Both the position numbers and the translations under genes were made by a program. A DNA stretch of 64,000 nucleotides, from the NCBI GenBank assembly GCA_965249325.1, contig CBDFLP010000012.1, positions 73,555-137,554 of the forward strand, given 5' to 3'. A model generated the notes under the pieces. That model worked only from the letters and a program-made list of their open reading frames with translations. It was not told where the DNA came from and did not search any database. Numbering within the stretch: the stretch's first letter is position 1; each line of letters opens with the position of its first letter. Shown piece by piece: positions 1-10,621 of the stretch. Source of the stretch: Dehalococcoidia bacterium (GTDB lineage: Bacteria; Chloroflexota; Dehalococcoidia; Lucifugimonadales; Australimonadaceae).

Positions 1-1
1 C

Positions 2-490
2 CATTGGGACCGCGTCCGCGACATGGACCTCTCGTTCTTCGACAACGTGATGCGGACGAATCTCGGCGGGACGTTCCTCTGCACGAAGCACGTGATCCCG
101 TACATGGAAGAGCAGGGCTCCGGCCACATCATCAACGTCGGGCAGGGGACGCTCGCGCCGGAGGAGCGCACGGACTCGATAGGGTCATGCATCTACTCGG
201 TGTCCAAGCTGGCGATACGGGCCTTTACGAACAAGGTGGCCATCGAGGAGTCCGACCACAACATCTGCATCGTCAGCATGGGGCCGGGCGGCGGGAGTAT
301 GGTTGGTCCGGACGGCCAGCGGCGCCGGGGCATCGCGACCGAGGAAGCGCCGGCGGAAGCGCGAGCGCGCATGGCCAGCGTCCCCGAGGTGGTCGGGACC
401 AAGTACCTGCTCGCGGCGGAGGCCCCGATGGAGCTGAGCGGGCATCAGATAGTCGTTAAGGACGGAGTGCTCGCCATCGCGGAGGACTGA
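2..490 (+). CDS. SDR family oxidoreductase, C-terminal part (5' end outside the window)
   Basis: Frame is open from the window start. Shows SDR motifs NLGGTF, GHIINVG and catalytic YSVSK (YxxxK). Confidence 0.8.
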   Translation, partial: HWDRVRDMDLSFFDNVMRTNLGGTFLCTKHVIPYMEEQGSGHIINVGQGTLAPEERTDSIGSCIYSVSKLAIRAFTNKVAIEESDHNICIVSMGPGGGSMVGPDGQRRRGIATEEAPAEARARMASVPEVVGTKYLLAAEAPMELSGHQIVVKDGVLAIAED

Positions 491-596
491 GGCCGCCCCG
501 GGCGGCATTCTGGGATCCGGGCATGCGGGCCTCCCGGAGATACGCGAGGACTACCGACCGAACGAAACCAGCTGGGCAATCTAAGGAGGAGACACG

Positions 597-983
597 ATGG
601 GACGTCGTCAAGTAGTAGACCTGCCAGGTATGGGACACAGAGCGCCGATCTCGTTAGCCGTCAAGATCGACAACATTCTGTATTCGTCGGGGATCAGCGG
701 ACGAGACTCGGAGAACGACACGATGCCCGAGGACGCCCCGGCCCAGGCCGCGGCCATGTTCCGCAACATCGAACTGGTCATGGAGGCCGCCGGAGGCTCG
801 CCGAGCGACATTCTCTACATGCATCTGAAGCTTCAGGACCGCTCATTGCGGGAGCACGTCGACCCCCACTGGCTCGCCATGTTCCCTGACCCCGAGGACC
901 GGCCGGCGCGCCACGCGGAGAACGCCGACCTCGGCGGCGGGATGCTCATGCAGTGCCAGATCATGGCCGTCCTGCCCTCGTAG
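597..983 (+). CDS. RidA/YjgF/UK114 family protein
   Basis: 128 aa. LYSSGISG, NIELVMEAAGGS and RPAR motifs. AAGGAGGA RBS upstream. Confidence 0.85.
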   Translation: MGRRQVVDLPGMGHRAPISLAVKIDNILYSSGISGRDSENDTMPEDAPAQAAAMFRNIELVMEAAGGSPSDILYMHLKLQDRSLREHVDPHWLAMFPDPEDRPARHAENADLGGGMLMQCQIMAVLPS

Positions 984-990
984 TGGAAAC

Positions 991-1033
991 TCCAATCCTC
1001 CCCCCTCCTGTGGGGGGAGGATTGAGAAGGGGG
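991..1033. repeat. REP-like palindrome (family B) or bidirectional terminator between convergent genes
   Basis: Hairpin AATCCTCCCCCC-tcctgt-GGGGGGAGGATT followed by GAGAAGGGGG. Related copies at about 61586, 62221 and 55832. Confidence 0.65.
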
Positions 1034-1050
1034 CCAGTCTGCTGGCCTCC

Positions 1051-2322
1051 CTAGAAGAGGCTGAGGTCCTTGGGGGCCTCGACGGATTCGGGGACCCAGG
1101 TGCGGAGCACCTCCTCGATCATGGGGATGATGGGGCTTTCGCCGCCTTCGCCCGCCCGGTAGCGGCCGTCCGGTTTGATGCCGTGTTTGACGCTCTCCAT
1201 TGGCAGCTCGATGCGGGTGGCTATGGCCGGGTCGCGGAAGGTGTTGATGGGGTCGCCGCCGTCCTCAACCACCGTCATCTGCTGCTGGAGCATCTTGCGG
1301 AAGAGGATGATGCCCACGTCGGACTCGCCGAGCATCTCCTTGTCGCGGCGGGCGATGGCGCCCTGAGTGATCCAGCACATGTAGTCCTGGTTGAAGGTCA
1401 CGCCGGTGAAGAAGCGTCCGTCCGGCTCGTAGAGAGGCGTGTAGCGGTAGGCGGCGACGTCCTGCCTAGGGGCGTCGTGGCCCGGCGCGGGGCGGTAGAC
1501 GTAGTAGGAGACGTGGTAGGTAGTCTCGTCGTCGATGGGCACGCGCCACTGGGTGGTGGTCCGTACCTGGTCGCCGACGAACAGGATGTTTGGGAACATG
1601 ATGGGGTGGCCCTTGGCCCAGTCCTCGCCATCCTCGGGGAAGCCCATCTGGAGGCGGCGCTTGATGATGCCGTACTCGAAAGCATCGAAGGCGATTTTCA
1701 TGGTCTTGGGCTGGCTCTCAGGGGGGGCGGCGACGCCGTTGCGGACGTAGTTGCCGAAGTAGAAGTGCAGCCACTCGGTGTGAACGGGGTCGACCGAGTT
1801 CTCCTGACATTGGAGCCAGTTGCAGGGGAGCACGCTTATCGCGATGTCGCGCACGGCGTTGTCCCACGTCAGCTGCTCCCACCGTGGGATGAGGGGGGCG
1901 GGCTGGGGTCCCATGTAGGCGAAGAGCAGCCCGCCGAGCTCCTGGACGGGGTAGCCCGCAATCTTGACCTTCTCCTTGAAGCGCCCGTCTGGGTGGACGG
2001 TCTCCTCGAAAGGCTGCTCGATGCACTGGCCGGTCTCGTCCATCATCCAGCCGTGGTACATGCAACGGAGTCCGTTCTCCTCGGGGATGCCGTAGGAGAG
2101 GTCGACGCGTCGGTGGGGGCAGAAGCGGTCGATGAGGCCGTAGGTCCCAGACTTGTCCTGATAGAGGACGAGGTCCTCGCCAAGGAGGCGGACGGGCTTG
2201 GTGGGTCTGTCGACAAGCTCGCCCGTGGCGGCGATGGGGTGCCAGTAGCGGCGCAGGAGGTCGCCCATGGGCGTGCCGGGGCCGACTTGGGTTAGGCGTT
2301 CGTTCTGCTGGGTGGGAATCAT
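1051..2322 (-). CDS. Rieske non-heme iron oxygenase alpha subunit (phthalate 4,5-dioxygenase/LigX-like)
   Basis: Start MIPTQQNERLTQVGPGTPMGDLLRRYWHP. Rieske CPH...CMYHGW and mononuclear Fe site ENSVDPVHTEWLH. Confidence 0.92.
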   Translation of the reverse strand: MIPTQQNERLTQVGPGTPMGDLLRRYWHPIAATGELVDRPTKPVRLLGEDLVLYQDKSGTYGLIDRFCPHRRVDLSYGIPEENGLRCMYHGWMMDETGQCIEQPFEETVHPDGRFKEKVKIAGYPVQELGGLLFAYMGPQPAPLIPRWEQLTWDNAVRDIAISVLPCNWLQCQENSVDPVHTEWLHFYFGNYVRNGVAAPPESQPKTMKIAFDAFEYGIIKRRLQMGFPEDGEDWAKGHPIMFPNILFVGDQVRTTTQWRVPIDDETTYHVSYYVYRPAPGHDAPRQDVAAYRYTPLYEPDGRFFTGVTFNQDYMCWITQGAIARRDKEMLGESDVGIILFRKMLQQQMTVVEDGGDPINTFRDPAIATRIELPMESVKHGIKPDGRYRAGEGGESPIIPMIEEVLRTWVPESVEAPKDLSLF

Positions 2323-2384
2323 GTTGGATTTGCCTCGCTTGTCGTTGGAGTGGTCGTCGCCGTGCTGGATTGGCGCCTTGCGCC

Positions 2385-3476
2385 CTATAGCCGGTAGAAG
2401 CGGCGGGCGTTCTTGTGAAGGATGGCTTCCTTGTCCTCGTCGGTGAGCTGGGCGTTGTCGAGCAGTTCTTGCAGCTCTTCCTTGCAGGAGTCGGTCGTGA
2501 CCTCGTGGGGGAAGTCGGTGGAGAAGAAGAAGGGCTTGTTGCCGACCTGGCTCACGGCGAAGGCAATCGCTGGTTCCTCGCCCTCGCAGCCGATAAAGAG
2601 GCGGTCGTTGTCGATCTGGCGTTGGATGTACTCGTGGACGCTGTCGCCGATCTTCGGGCCCATCATGTCGTCGTCGCGCAGCTGGTACTCCATGTGGGTG
2701 GAGTGGGAGCGGTCGAAGCGTTCGAGGCACATGACGAACCAGCCGATGCCTCCTTCGAGGAAGCCGAAATGGACGTTGGGGAAGCGCTCGAAGACGCCGT
2801 TGAAGACCATGCCTGCGAGGGCGATGGCCTGCCCCGCTGGGTGTCCGAGGGCGTGGATGGGGGCGTAGACGTTCATGTGGTCGAGGCCGATGCCGCTGTG
2901 CGCGCCGCCGTGGACGGCGATGGCGCAGCCGAGGCACTCCGCCTCCTCGTAGACGGGCCAGTAGAGCTTGGAGCCGAGGTGGTCCGGCAGGCCGAAGGAG
3001 GGGAGCATAGCGCCGACGAAGCCGAGGTCCTCGACGCATCGGCGGAGCTCCTTGACAGCTTCGGCGGGCTCCTGCATGGGGATGAGGCCGACGCCCTTGA
3101 AGCGGGGGTCGCGCTTGACATAGGTGTCGTACAGCCAGTCGTTGTAGGCCTGGGCGGTTGCGATGGCCCAGTCGCGACTGACGATCTTGCCGTAGGAGAG
3201 GGCCTGGGTGGGATAGAGGACGGTTGCGTCGATGCCCACTTCGCTGAGGAAGACTTCCCAGCCGTCCGGCCCGACGAACGCGCCCTTGCGGTCCCGGCGT
3301 CCGGGCGTCTCGACGAAATGGCCGGCGTGCAGGTGGTCGAGGGGCGGGAAGAGGCTCGAGTTTAGATTGCGGGCGGGGTGGTCGCGGAACTTGGGCGGGA
3401 GGAACTCGGCCATCGCCTTGATGTCCTCCATGATGTGTCCATCGCCGTCAACGATGATTTCGAGGTTGGTGGTCAT
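2385..3476 (-). CDS. Amidohydrolase family protein (amidohydro_2, decarboxylase/hydratase-like)
   Basis: DGDGH, AYNDWL, AVHGG, FLEGGIGW and FSTDFPH motifs. Start at MTTNLEII. Confidence 0.9.
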   Translation of the reverse strand: MTTNLEIIVDGDGHIMEDIKAMAEFLPPKFRDHPARNLNSSLFPPLDHLHAGHFVETPGRRDRKGAFVGPDGWEVFLSEVGIDATVLYPTQALSYGKIVSRDWAIATAQAYNDWLYDTYVKRDPRFKGVGLIPMQEPAEAVKELRRCVEDLGFVGAMLPSFGLPDHLGSKLYWPVYEEAECLGCAIAVHGGAHSGIGLDHMNVYAPIHALGHPAGQAIALAGMVFNGVFERFPNVHFGFLEGGIGWFVMCLERFDRSHSTHMEYQLRDDDMMGPKIGDSVHEYIQRQIDNDRLFIGCEGEEPAIAFAVSQVGNKPFFFSTDFPHEVTTDSCKEELQELLDNAQLTDEDKEAILHKNARRFYRL

Positions 3477-3577
3477 GGCGTGCGCCTTCCTATGGGCAGG
3501 TTGGCGGGATTGTAGCACGGGCGTTCGCCCCCTCGGCGGGCCGCTGCTATACGCCTCGGCTGCACTCCCGCGCACCC

Positions 3578-3605
3578 TGGATTCCCCGCTTTCACGCGCA
3601 TGACG
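3578..3605 (-). repeat. REP/dRS3-like palindrome (family A), degenerate
   Basis: TGGATTCCCCGCTTTCACGCGCATGACG resembles the reverse complement of CGTCATTCCCGCGAAAGCGGGAATCCA at 48733. Confidence 0.5.
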
Positions 3606-3643
3606 AATCCATCTGCCTGCGGGGGAACGATGGGCGGTAGGCG

Positions 3644-3991
3644 TCAGTTGACGCCTGGAAGATCGCCGGGAGTGAGCTCCACGCCGGTGGCTAAGAACGA
3701 GTCGTCGACTGTATCCCGCTCGTGGAGGAGGGAAATGGGGACGGCCGGCAGGGTGGTGATGTGCGCGCCGGCCCGAACGCCGAGGCGTATCGAGTAGCGC
3801 GCCGCCGCGTCGTTGTCGGGCGCCTCGATGATGCTGACGAAGTCGTAGGGGCCGAGGACGCCGTAGAGGCCGAGGCCTCGCACGTCCTGCACGTGGGTCT
3901 CGGATGCGGCCTCGACGATAAAGTCGGCGTCGCGCAGGACAGCCTCTTGGCCCTCCCGCGTGAGGGTCATTAGGAGAATGTAGTTAGGCAT
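3644..3991 (-). CDS. GYD domain-containing protein
   Basis: MPNYILLMTLT...LGPYDFVSIIEAPD...TTLPA pattern typical of GYD proteins. Confidence 0.85.
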   Translation of the reverse strand: MPNYILLMTLTREGQEAVLRDADFIVEAASETHVQDVRGLGLYGVLGPYDFVSIIEAPDNDAAARYSIRLGVRAGAHITTLPAVPISLLHERDTVDDSFLATGVELTPGDLPGVN

Positions 3992-4203
3992 AGCCGTCTC
4001 CGTCCGCAGGTTAGGAGGATTCTATCGGGATGGGGCTTGCGCGCGCGAGGGGGCGGAACCGTAGACTGGGCCTACGAGCGCGCCGACTCACGGCGAAGAA
4101 AGATGGGATGCCTTGCTCTAGAGGAGCAGACCGACAGGGTGTGGCGGCGCCGGACGTTGTCGGTCATGCATAAGATGATTGTCGGAATCGAGGGGTTGTC
4201 AAC

Positions 4204-5334
4204 ATGAACGTTGCCTCACTGCGCGAGTCCATAGCCTGTATGGAAACGATGACTTACCTCAATGCGGGATGGGCCGGCCCCAGCCCAGCGGGCGTGGTCG
4301 ATCGGATGCGTGAAGCTGCGGCGCGGGAGAGCGAGGCTGGGCCCGCTGGGCCGGCCGGGCTCGCGTTCGGCGGAGAGATAGAGGAGGAGGCGAGAAGAGA
4401 GGCCGCACTACTGTTCAACGTGGACGCGGATGACGTGTTGCTCACACATGGAACGACGGCAGGCGTCAACATCGTCTTGCACGGCCTTGCCTGGGAGCCG
4501 GGCGACGTATTGCTGACGACCGACTTGGAGCACCCGGGAATCAAGGCTCCGGCCGGGGTGCTCGAGGAGCGCGGAGTGACCGTCAAACGCATCCTGATTC
4601 CACCGGATGCTTCCGTTGAGCAGTGCATGGAGGCAGTGCGGGCTGCCCTGGCTTCTCCAGTCAAAGTCCTAGCGCTCAGTCACATCATGTTTACGACTGG
4701 GCTTCGCGTGCCGGCCGAAGAGATCGTGGCAGCGGCCCATGAGGCCGGAGTGCTGGTGTTGCTGGATGGAGCGCAGACGGCGGGCCAGATTGCACTGGAC
4801 CTGGCTGCGATGGACATCGATTTCTACGCCTCGTCGGGACAGAAGTGGCTGCTGGGGCCGACGGGGAGCGGAGCTCTCTACGTTCGGCCGGACCGAAGAG
4901 AGTTGCTTACGCCGCTGTTTACTCGACCCGGCCTCGGTTCGCGCCAAGGTCTCGCAGCATATGCGCTGGCGTCGCAAGGCGTGTCGGCGCGAGCCGGGTA
5001 CGCTGAAGCAGTCCGCATCAATCGCGAGCTGGGCCCGGAAAGGGTTGAGGAGTACACGAAGGGGTTAGCCGTGATGCTCCGGGCGGGGTTGTCCGAGGTT
5101 GCGGGGGTCCGTATCAATGGGCCGGCTGAGGGTGAGACGGCGTGCGCTATCACTGCGATCAGCGTGGAGGGCTGGGACGCGCCGGAGTTCGCCGAGGCGC
5201 TTTGGCAAAGGTATCGAGTGGTCGCGCGGCATGTGCAGTACCCAGCGGGTGTACGGCTGTGCACAGCGGCGTTCAATGACGAGCGCGACGTGGAGCGTGC
5301 AATCACAACAATAGCGGAGCTAGCCGGCCGATAG
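4204..5334 (+). CDS. Aminotransferase class V PLP enzyme (cysteine desulfurase/lyase-like)
   Basis: YLNAGWAGP, EHP, LDGAQTAG and SGQKWLLGPTGSG (PLP Lys) motifs. Confidence 0.88.
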   Translation: MNVASLRESIACMETMTYLNAGWAGPSPAGVVDRMREAAARESEAGPAGPAGLAFGGEIEEEARREAALLFNVDADDVLLTHGTTAGVNIVLHGLAWEPGDVLLTTDLEHPGIKAPAGVLEERGVTVKRILIPPDASVEQCMEAVRAALASPVKVLALSHIMFTTGLRVPAEEIVAAAHEAGVLVLLDGAQTAGQIALDLAAMDIDFYASSGQKWLLGPTGSGALYVRPDRRELLTPLFTRPGLGSRQGLAAYALASQGVSARAGYAEAVRINRELGPERVEEYTKGLAVMLRAGLSEVAGVRINGPAEGETACAITAISVEGWDAPEFAEALWQRYRVVARHVQYPAGVRLCTAAFNDERDVERAITTIAELAGR

Positions 5335-5391
5335 CCGAACGGTCTGAGGCCGGTGAAGCGTGAGGCTTATGGGGAGGGGGGGCGTTCCAGC

Positions 5392-5413
5392 GGGGGGGGG
5401 GGGGGGGGGGGGG
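5392..5413 (+). repeat. Poly-G homopolymer (22 nt)
   Basis: Run of 22 G, preceded by GGGGAGGGGGGG, between convergent genes. Confidence 0.9.
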
Positions 5414-5426
5414 AATGCGTTCACCG

Positions 5427-8273
5427 CTAGCCGGCGGCGGCAATCTCATCGGGGATGGGTATCTCGATTCCGTACTCGCTGTCCTTAGCTTCGATTGACA
5501 GACGGCACGACCCTGGAGGAAAGCGCAGTGTCAGGCGGTAAGCAGCGATTTGGTAGGTGTCCTCGTGGAGGACCAAGGAGATGGCCTTTACGAGACCGCT
5601 CGTTATAGTCGACTCGATTGGTGCAGCCGTTACCCTAATATGCCCATTGGCGCGTTCAGCAACCTTGAGAGTATCCGCATCGGCGAAGAGCAGGATGGGG
5701 GTGAGTGCCGCGAACGGGCTCGTATACCTGTGATTCCAAGCCGTAGCGGCAAAGATGTCGCGGAACTCGATCTTCTCCCATTGACCTCTCGATTCGCTCC
5801 AATAGTTGGACCCCCCGACTATCAAGTAGTGGTTGGCGTCGTCTCGGAGGCGCGTCAATCCCGAACGGCTTTCCCCGATGGCGCCTATTTCGTAGTCTGC
5901 CCACCCGAACTCGGGATGGCCGCAGCTGTCCCCGTACCATCTCCCTCTCAGGCTGAAGCGGGCCGACCCTGCCTCCTGCAATGCTGCAACTGCGCGTCGA
6001 ACCATCTCATAGGCGTTGGGGCTCTGGGCGTCGAGGAGCTCGTCATCGAGGACGATGAGCTCCTCAACCTCGCGCATAGTCATATTCGGCCTAATCAGAG
6101 GATGCTGGTGGAGCCGAATCAGAGCCCTGTCAACGATGCTCAGTCTTCCTTTTCCTCCCATAAGGGCGTCCAGAGTATGCCGGTGCCCTATCGGGACCAT
6201 CACGTGTAGCAACTCGTGATAGATATCCCCCTTCACGGACTCATAGATGTCCCGAAGGTCGCCCCGATGCCAAACGCCTATCCTGCCATGTTTGACGACC
6301 CCAGCGTCTATTGACCAGTCGGCGCAGCCGTTTGCATTTGCGCAAACCTCGCCCCACCCAAGCTCAAAAGATGTGGAACGTGGGACTCCTACGTACGCTT
6401 CCACATCGGCTTCTTCCTTCGATCCGACCAGCTCAAATCTGAGACGCAGGAGTGACGGTGTCTCCTTCAGGAGGGTGTTCAGTACGCTGAGGTAGTCCGA
6501 ATCTCCAGTTGTCCATACCCGCACCGGCCTGTTCAGGCTCCATTTCTGGACTGTCTGAGATATCCATCCGCCGCATCCTTCCAGCCTTTCGTCATCACGC
6601 GGACGGTCTGGGCGATCGCTAAAGCATTCCCAGATGTATCGGTCGACGCCGAGGATGCGCTCTGGCACGTTGAAGGCGTTGGACTCCGCCGCGCCATCGG
6701 GGAGGGCGGCGTGCAGGTCCACGCCCATCGGGACGCGCAGGCGCGTCACGCGCTCCGCGGGGCCGAACCCATCCTGCAGCGTTAAGCTGTCAACGGCGCC
6801 CCCGCATTTGCTGATGGCTTCTCCTCCGTCCCGATGGCAGGTCACTGCGATGGTTAGGGCGTCCTCGATGGGACGGTAGCCGTCGCTGCTGAGCGAAAAG
6901 GACAGTTCCACCTCAGCCGTGCCGTCCGACCAGTAGCCGAGCACGTCTGCGGTTGCGTCGAGCATGAGCGCGACCGCCGGCTTGTCCGGCACGAGGATGG
7001 CGTCGTGGATGGCGTTGCGTTCGCCCCAGCGATAGCCGTTATCCGGCGCTCCGGCGTAGACGGTCACGAGCGTTCCCCCTTGTGGCAGGACGAGCGTGAG
7101 AGCGGCGTTGATGCTGCCGCCCACGGGTAGGGAGCCGAGCGTTGTGGAGGTGGAGCAGGCGGGAGGAGCGCTGCCGCAGAGCGCGCCAACCGTCAGGGAG
7201 CCGCTAGGGGAGACGCCCTCATTCGTTACGCGCAACGGGATCTCCACGATGCCGTCGCCGTCGTGCTCGTAGCCCGTGATGCGCGCCGTCTCGACCGAGA
7301 GAGTGAGGTCTACGTATTCCACCTCTACTGCGGCTTTGGCCGCGTTGTCGTCCGTCGCGGCTTCGAGGCTGGAGGTCTCGGCGGAGAGTGTGAGGTCGTA
7401 TGCGCCGGTGGGGATTGGGAGGAGAAGGGTTGTGGTCTCGCTCGCGCCCGGAGGGACGCGCTCGATGGCGGCGACGCGCTCGGCGCGCCCATCAACACCG
7501 TCGTCATCGCCGGGCCGGGCCGTCCACGTCGCGCTGACGGCGACATTCTCCGCTGCGAGGCCGCCTGCGTTGGTTACGCGCGCCTGGAACGCCATGGAGC
7601 CGTCTCCAGCGACGGCGTAATCGACCAATTCGAGCGTGAGGTCGGTTGCGAGCACGCTCACGGTCGCCGTGTGCTCCGCTCCGCCTACGCTGAACGTAAT
7701 GCTGTGCTCGCCCGGTTCACGCGGCTGTGCGATGGCGAGGGTCGCCGTTTCGCCGCTCGCCAAGCGGCTGATGGAGCCGTCGTCCCGGGACCCGCCTCCG
7801 CTAGTTACGATGAGGACCGGGATGTCCTGGCCTGCCGCCTCGCCGGTGTTCGTGACCGTAAGCGAGAGCTCAGTGTGCACGTAGCCATCGCCTGCGCCGG
7901 TGAACGAGACGCCGTTGTAGGCGATGCGGTAGGAGGCCGACAGAGGCGTCGGCGTAGGCGTGGGAGTGGGGGACGGGGTAGGCGTAGGTGACGGTGTGGC
8001 AGTAGGAGATGGCGTCGGAGTGGGGATGGGTGAAGGCGTTGGCGTAGGGGTTGGAGAAGGCGTTGGTGTTGGGATGGGGGGCGGCGTCGGCGTGGGGGTG
8101 GGAGACGGCGTTGGCGTTGGGATGGGGGACGGCGTTGGTGTGGATGGTCCGACAGACTCACCGCCGACCTCCGGCTCACCGCGAACCTCCGCGGGCGTCG
8201 GTGAGGGCGTCGGGTCGGGGCTGCACGCCGTCAGCGCAGCGGCGGCGACGCACGCGCACGCGGCCAGCGTCAT
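5427..8273 (-). CDS. Large putative lipoprotein: Pro/Thr linker, CARDB/Ig-like domains, zincin-like HExxH domain, C-terminal domain
   Basis: Lipobox-like AALTAC, then about 60 aa of PT/PS repeats. Repeated VTNxG beta-sandwich starts. [12 protein letters not shown] motif. Confidence 0.7.
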   Translation of the reverse strand: MTLAACACVAAAALTACSPDPTPSPTPAEVRGEPEVGGESVGPSTPTPSPIPTPTPSPTPTPTPPPIPTPTPSPTPTPTPSPIPTPTPSPTATPSPTPTPSPTPTPTPTPLSASYRIAYNGVSFTGAGDGYVHTELSLTVTNTGEAAGQDIPVLIVTSGGGSRDDGSISRLASGETATLAIAQPREPGEHSITFSVGGAEHTATVSVLATDLTLELVDYAVAGDGSMAFQARVTNAGGLAAENVAVSATWTARPGDDDGVDGRAERVAAIERVPPGASETTTLLLPIPTGAYDLTLSAETSSLEAATDDNAAKAAVEVEYVDLTLSVETARITGYEHDGDGIVEIPLRVTNEGVSPSGSLTVGALCGSAPPACSTSTTLGSLPVGGSINAALTLVLPQGGTLVTVYAGAPDNGYRWGERNAIHDAILVPDKPAVALMLDATADVLGYWSDGTAEVELSFSLSSDGYRPIEDALTIAVTCHRDGGEAISKCGGAVDSLTLQDGFGPAERVTRLRVPMGVDLHAALPDGAAESNAFNVPERILGVDRYIWECFSDRPDRPRDDERLEGCGGWISQTVQKWSLNRPVRVWTTGDSDYLSVLNTLLKETPSLLRLRFELVGSKEEADVEAYVGVPRSTSFELGWGEVCANANGCADWSIDAGVVKHGRIGVWHRGDLRDIYESVKGDIYHELLHVMVPIGHRHTLDALMGGKGRLSIVDRALIRLHQHPLIRPNMTMREVEELIVLDDELLDAQSPNAYEMVRRAVAALQEAGSARFSLRGRWYGDSCGHPEFGWADYEIGAIGESRSGLTRLRDDANHYLIVGGSNYWSESRGQWEKIEFRDIFAATAWNHRYTSPFAALTPILLFADADTLKVAERANGHIRVTAAPIESTITSGLVKAISLVLHEDTYQIAAYRLTLRFPPGSCRLSIEAKDSEYGIEIPIPDEIAAAG
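7948..8140 (-). repeat. Coding low-complexity Pro-Thr/Pro-Ser repeat
   Basis: Encodes (PT/PS/PI)n within the lipoprotein. Confidence 0.85.
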
Positions 8274-8295
8274 GGCCCTGAGGGGTGGGCGCGCC

Positions 8296-9660
8296 TCACG
8301 CGAGGCCGAGCTCTCTTTCGGTTTCGGTGAGGGCGCGGTCAAAGATGCCGACCATGTCGTCGATGTCCGACTCGGTTACGGTGAGGGGCGGAGCGAAGAA
8401 GACCTGGCGAGTCGCGCGGGTGTAGAGGCCGCTGTCGTTCAGCTTCTGGTTGAGGAGCTTGGTCGCGCCGGGGAGGTCATTCAGGAGCTCTTTGGTGTCC
8501 TTGTCGGAGACGAGCTCGACGGCGCACATGAGGCCGAGGCCGCGCACGTCGCCGACAGTTGGGTGTCCGTAGAGGCCTTCGAGGTCTTGGAGAAGACGCT
8601 TGCCCATGCGCTCGGAGTTCCCGATGAGGTCTTCGCGCTCCATGATGCTCACGTTTGCGAGTCCGGCTGCGCCGCCTGCGGGATGGCCGCCGTAGGTGAT
8701 GCCGTGGCGGTAGGTCTTCTCGGGGCCGCCCTTGAACTCCTCGAAGACGGCGTTGCGAACGACGCAAGCGCCGACGGGGAAGTAGCCGCTGGTGATGCCC
8801 TTGGCCATGGTCATCATATCCGGCATGACGCCCCAGTGCTCCATGGCGAACCACTTGCCGGTGCGCCCCCATCCGGTGATGACCTCGTCGGCGATGAGGA
8901 GGACGCCGTGCTGGTCGCAGATGTCGCGGAGCATGGGCCAGTACTCGTCGCCGGGGATGGCGACTCCGGCGGAGAAAGAGACGGGCTCGGCGATGACGGC
9001 GGCGATGGTCTCGGGACCCTCCTCGATGATGATGTCCTCGACGGCCTGGGCGCACTGGACCGTGAACTCAGACAGGGATAGGGACTGGTCCTCGCGGCGG
9101 TAGAAGGCGGGTTGGGGGGCGACGCGGAAATTGTCGGGCAGAATCTCGGCGTAGCCGGGGCGGTCCAGATTACCGGAGGTCGAGACGCTCAGGGCCCCGC
9201 GCGTGGTGCCGTGGTAGGAGCCGTCGCGTCCGATGAACTTGCGCCTGCCGGGCTCGCCGCGGTTGTAGTGGTAGCGGTAGGCGATCTTCAACGCCGTCTC
9301 GACGGCCTCGGAGCCGCCACTGGTGAAGTGAACGCGGTTGAGGTCGCCCGGAGTAAGCGACGCGACCTTTTCGGCGAACCGGATGACCGGCTCGGCGCCG
9401 TACTTGAAGGTGTCGGCGTAGTGGAGCGCGCCGAGCTGCGCTGCGATGGCGTCGACGATTTCCTTACGTCCGTGGCCAACGTTCACGAGCATGAGGCCGG
9501 CAACGCCGTCGTAGCCCCAGTTGCCTTCGGAGTCCTTGATGCGGACGCCGTCGCCCTCGGTCATGACGGTCACGCCGTCCTCGGCGAGCTCGCTCCAGTC
9601 CTGAGTGGGCATCCAGAGATGGGCGAGGGCTGCTTCCTGGAGGCTGTCGCGGCGCTGCAT
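8296..9660 (-). CDS. Aminotransferase class III (omega-amino acid:pyruvate type)
   Basis: [30 protein letters not shown] and AKGITSGY motifs. Confidence 0.92.
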   Translation of the reverse strand: MQRRDSLQEAALAHLWMPTQDWSELAEDGVTVMTEGDGVRIKDSEGNWGYDGVAGLMLVNVGHGRKEIVDAIAAQLGALHYADTFKYGAEPVIRFAEKVASLTPGDLNRVHFTSGGSEAVETALKIAYRYHYNRGEPGRRKFIGRDGSYHGTTRGALSVSTSGNLDRPGYAEILPDNFRVAPQPAFYRREDQSLSLSEFTVQCAQAVEDIIIEEGPETIAAVIAEPVSFSAGVAIPGDEYWPMLRDICDQHGVLLIADEVITGWGRTGKWFAMEHWGVMPDMMTMAKGITSGYFPVGACVVRNAVFEEFKGGPEKTYRHGITYGGHPAGGAAGLANVSIMEREDLIGNSERMGKRLLQDLEGLYGHPTVGDVRGLGLMCAVELVSDKDTKELLNDLPGATKLLNQKLNDSGLYTRATRQVFFAPPLTVTESDIDDMVGIFDRALTETERELGLA

Positions 9661-9687
9661 GGCGTAACTCCTTATCGCGTGGCGCTG

Positions 9688-10527
9688 CTATCGATTGGTG
9701 ATCGTTGGGCGTCCAAGCTGAGGCCAGCTGGCCGGCGCGCCGGCCTTCTCCAGACGCTCGGCTATGGGCAGGCTCTCGTCCCACAGCGCGGCGACGATGC
9801 GCCTTCCGTTGACGTCGTTAGCCTCGTCCGAGGCGAGCCAGACGGCGGGCGCGCGCATCACGTCCGGCTGAACGAGAGCGTTACGGTCGAAGGCGAGGGT
9901 TTCGGGGAGGAAGTTGGTGTTCGTGGCGCCGCCAGGCACGAGGACGTTAGCGGTGACGCCGCTACCCGTGAGATCTTGGGCCATGGAGGCGATCATCGCT
10001 TCGTGAGCGGCTTTCGACGGACCGTATGGCAGGTTGCCGCCGCGAATCATGGTGTCCAAGCTGGTGGTCACGCCGATGATGCGTCCCCAGCCCTGTTCCC
10101 GGAAGCGGCCGGCGGCGGGGAGGGACATCATGAACGAGCCATTCGCATTGATGGTGAAGACGCGGACCCACTCCTCGGGCGTCAGCTCCCAGAATGGGCC
10201 GTCGCCGGTAGGCCCGCTGCCGTAGCTCCGGACTCCTGCGTTGTTCACGAGGATGTGCAGGCCGCCGAAGCCGTCGATGGTCTCGCGCACGGCCCGCTGG
10301 GCGTCGTCCCAACTGCTGATGCTGCCGACGACGGCGATGGCCGCATCGTCGCCGCCAACCTCGCGGGCGTCGTTCACGCTGCGTCCGAGGGCGCCGTCGT
10401 CGATGTCCATCATCGCGACCCTGGCTCCGGCCTCGACCATAGCTAGGGCCATCTCGCGTCCCATTCCGATGGGGCTTCCCGCGCCGGTAACGAGGGCGAT
10501 TTTACCTTCGAGCGTCTTGACGGCCAC
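9688..10527 (-). CDS. SDR family oxidoreductase
   Basis: ALVTGAGSPIGMG, LVNNAG and YGPSK motifs. GTG start after GGAGGG. Confidence 0.9.
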   Translation of the reverse strand: MAVKTLEGKIALVTGAGSPIGMGREMALAMVEAGARVAMMDIDDGALGRSVNDAREVGGDDAAIAVVGSISSWDDAQRAVRETIDGFGGLHILVNNAGVRSYGSGPTGDGPFWELTPEEWVRVFTINANGSFMMSLPAAGRFREQGWGRIIGVTTSLDTMIRGGNLPYGPSKAAHEAMIASMAQDLTGSGVTANVLVPGGATNTNFLPETLAFDRNALVQPDVMRAPAVWLASDEANDVNGRRIVAALWDESLPIAERLEKAGAPASWPQLGRPTITNR

Positions 10528-10621
10528 GAGCCGAGCCCTCCACGGCGCCCGTGCCGGGCGCACGCCGGAGCCTATCATCGAACGGGGCGGGCCGGAATGT
10601 GGGGGTTAGAGCGCGCACCGG

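Noticed and set aside
2323-3039. N-terminal extension of the Rieske ORF in the ORF track
   Set aside because: Arg/Pro-rich off-frame read through the amidohydrolase gene. The family-typical start is at 2322. The same applies to the extensions of the 10622 and 13089 ORFs.
3992-4203. Riboswitch or ncRNA in the divergent intergenic region
   Set aside because: Some hairpin potential, but I recognise no conserved aptamer motif. An Rfam search would be needed.
7960-9081. Gly-Val repeat ORF on the + strand
   Set aside because: Antisense shadow of the Pro-Thr linker and the aminotransferase gene.
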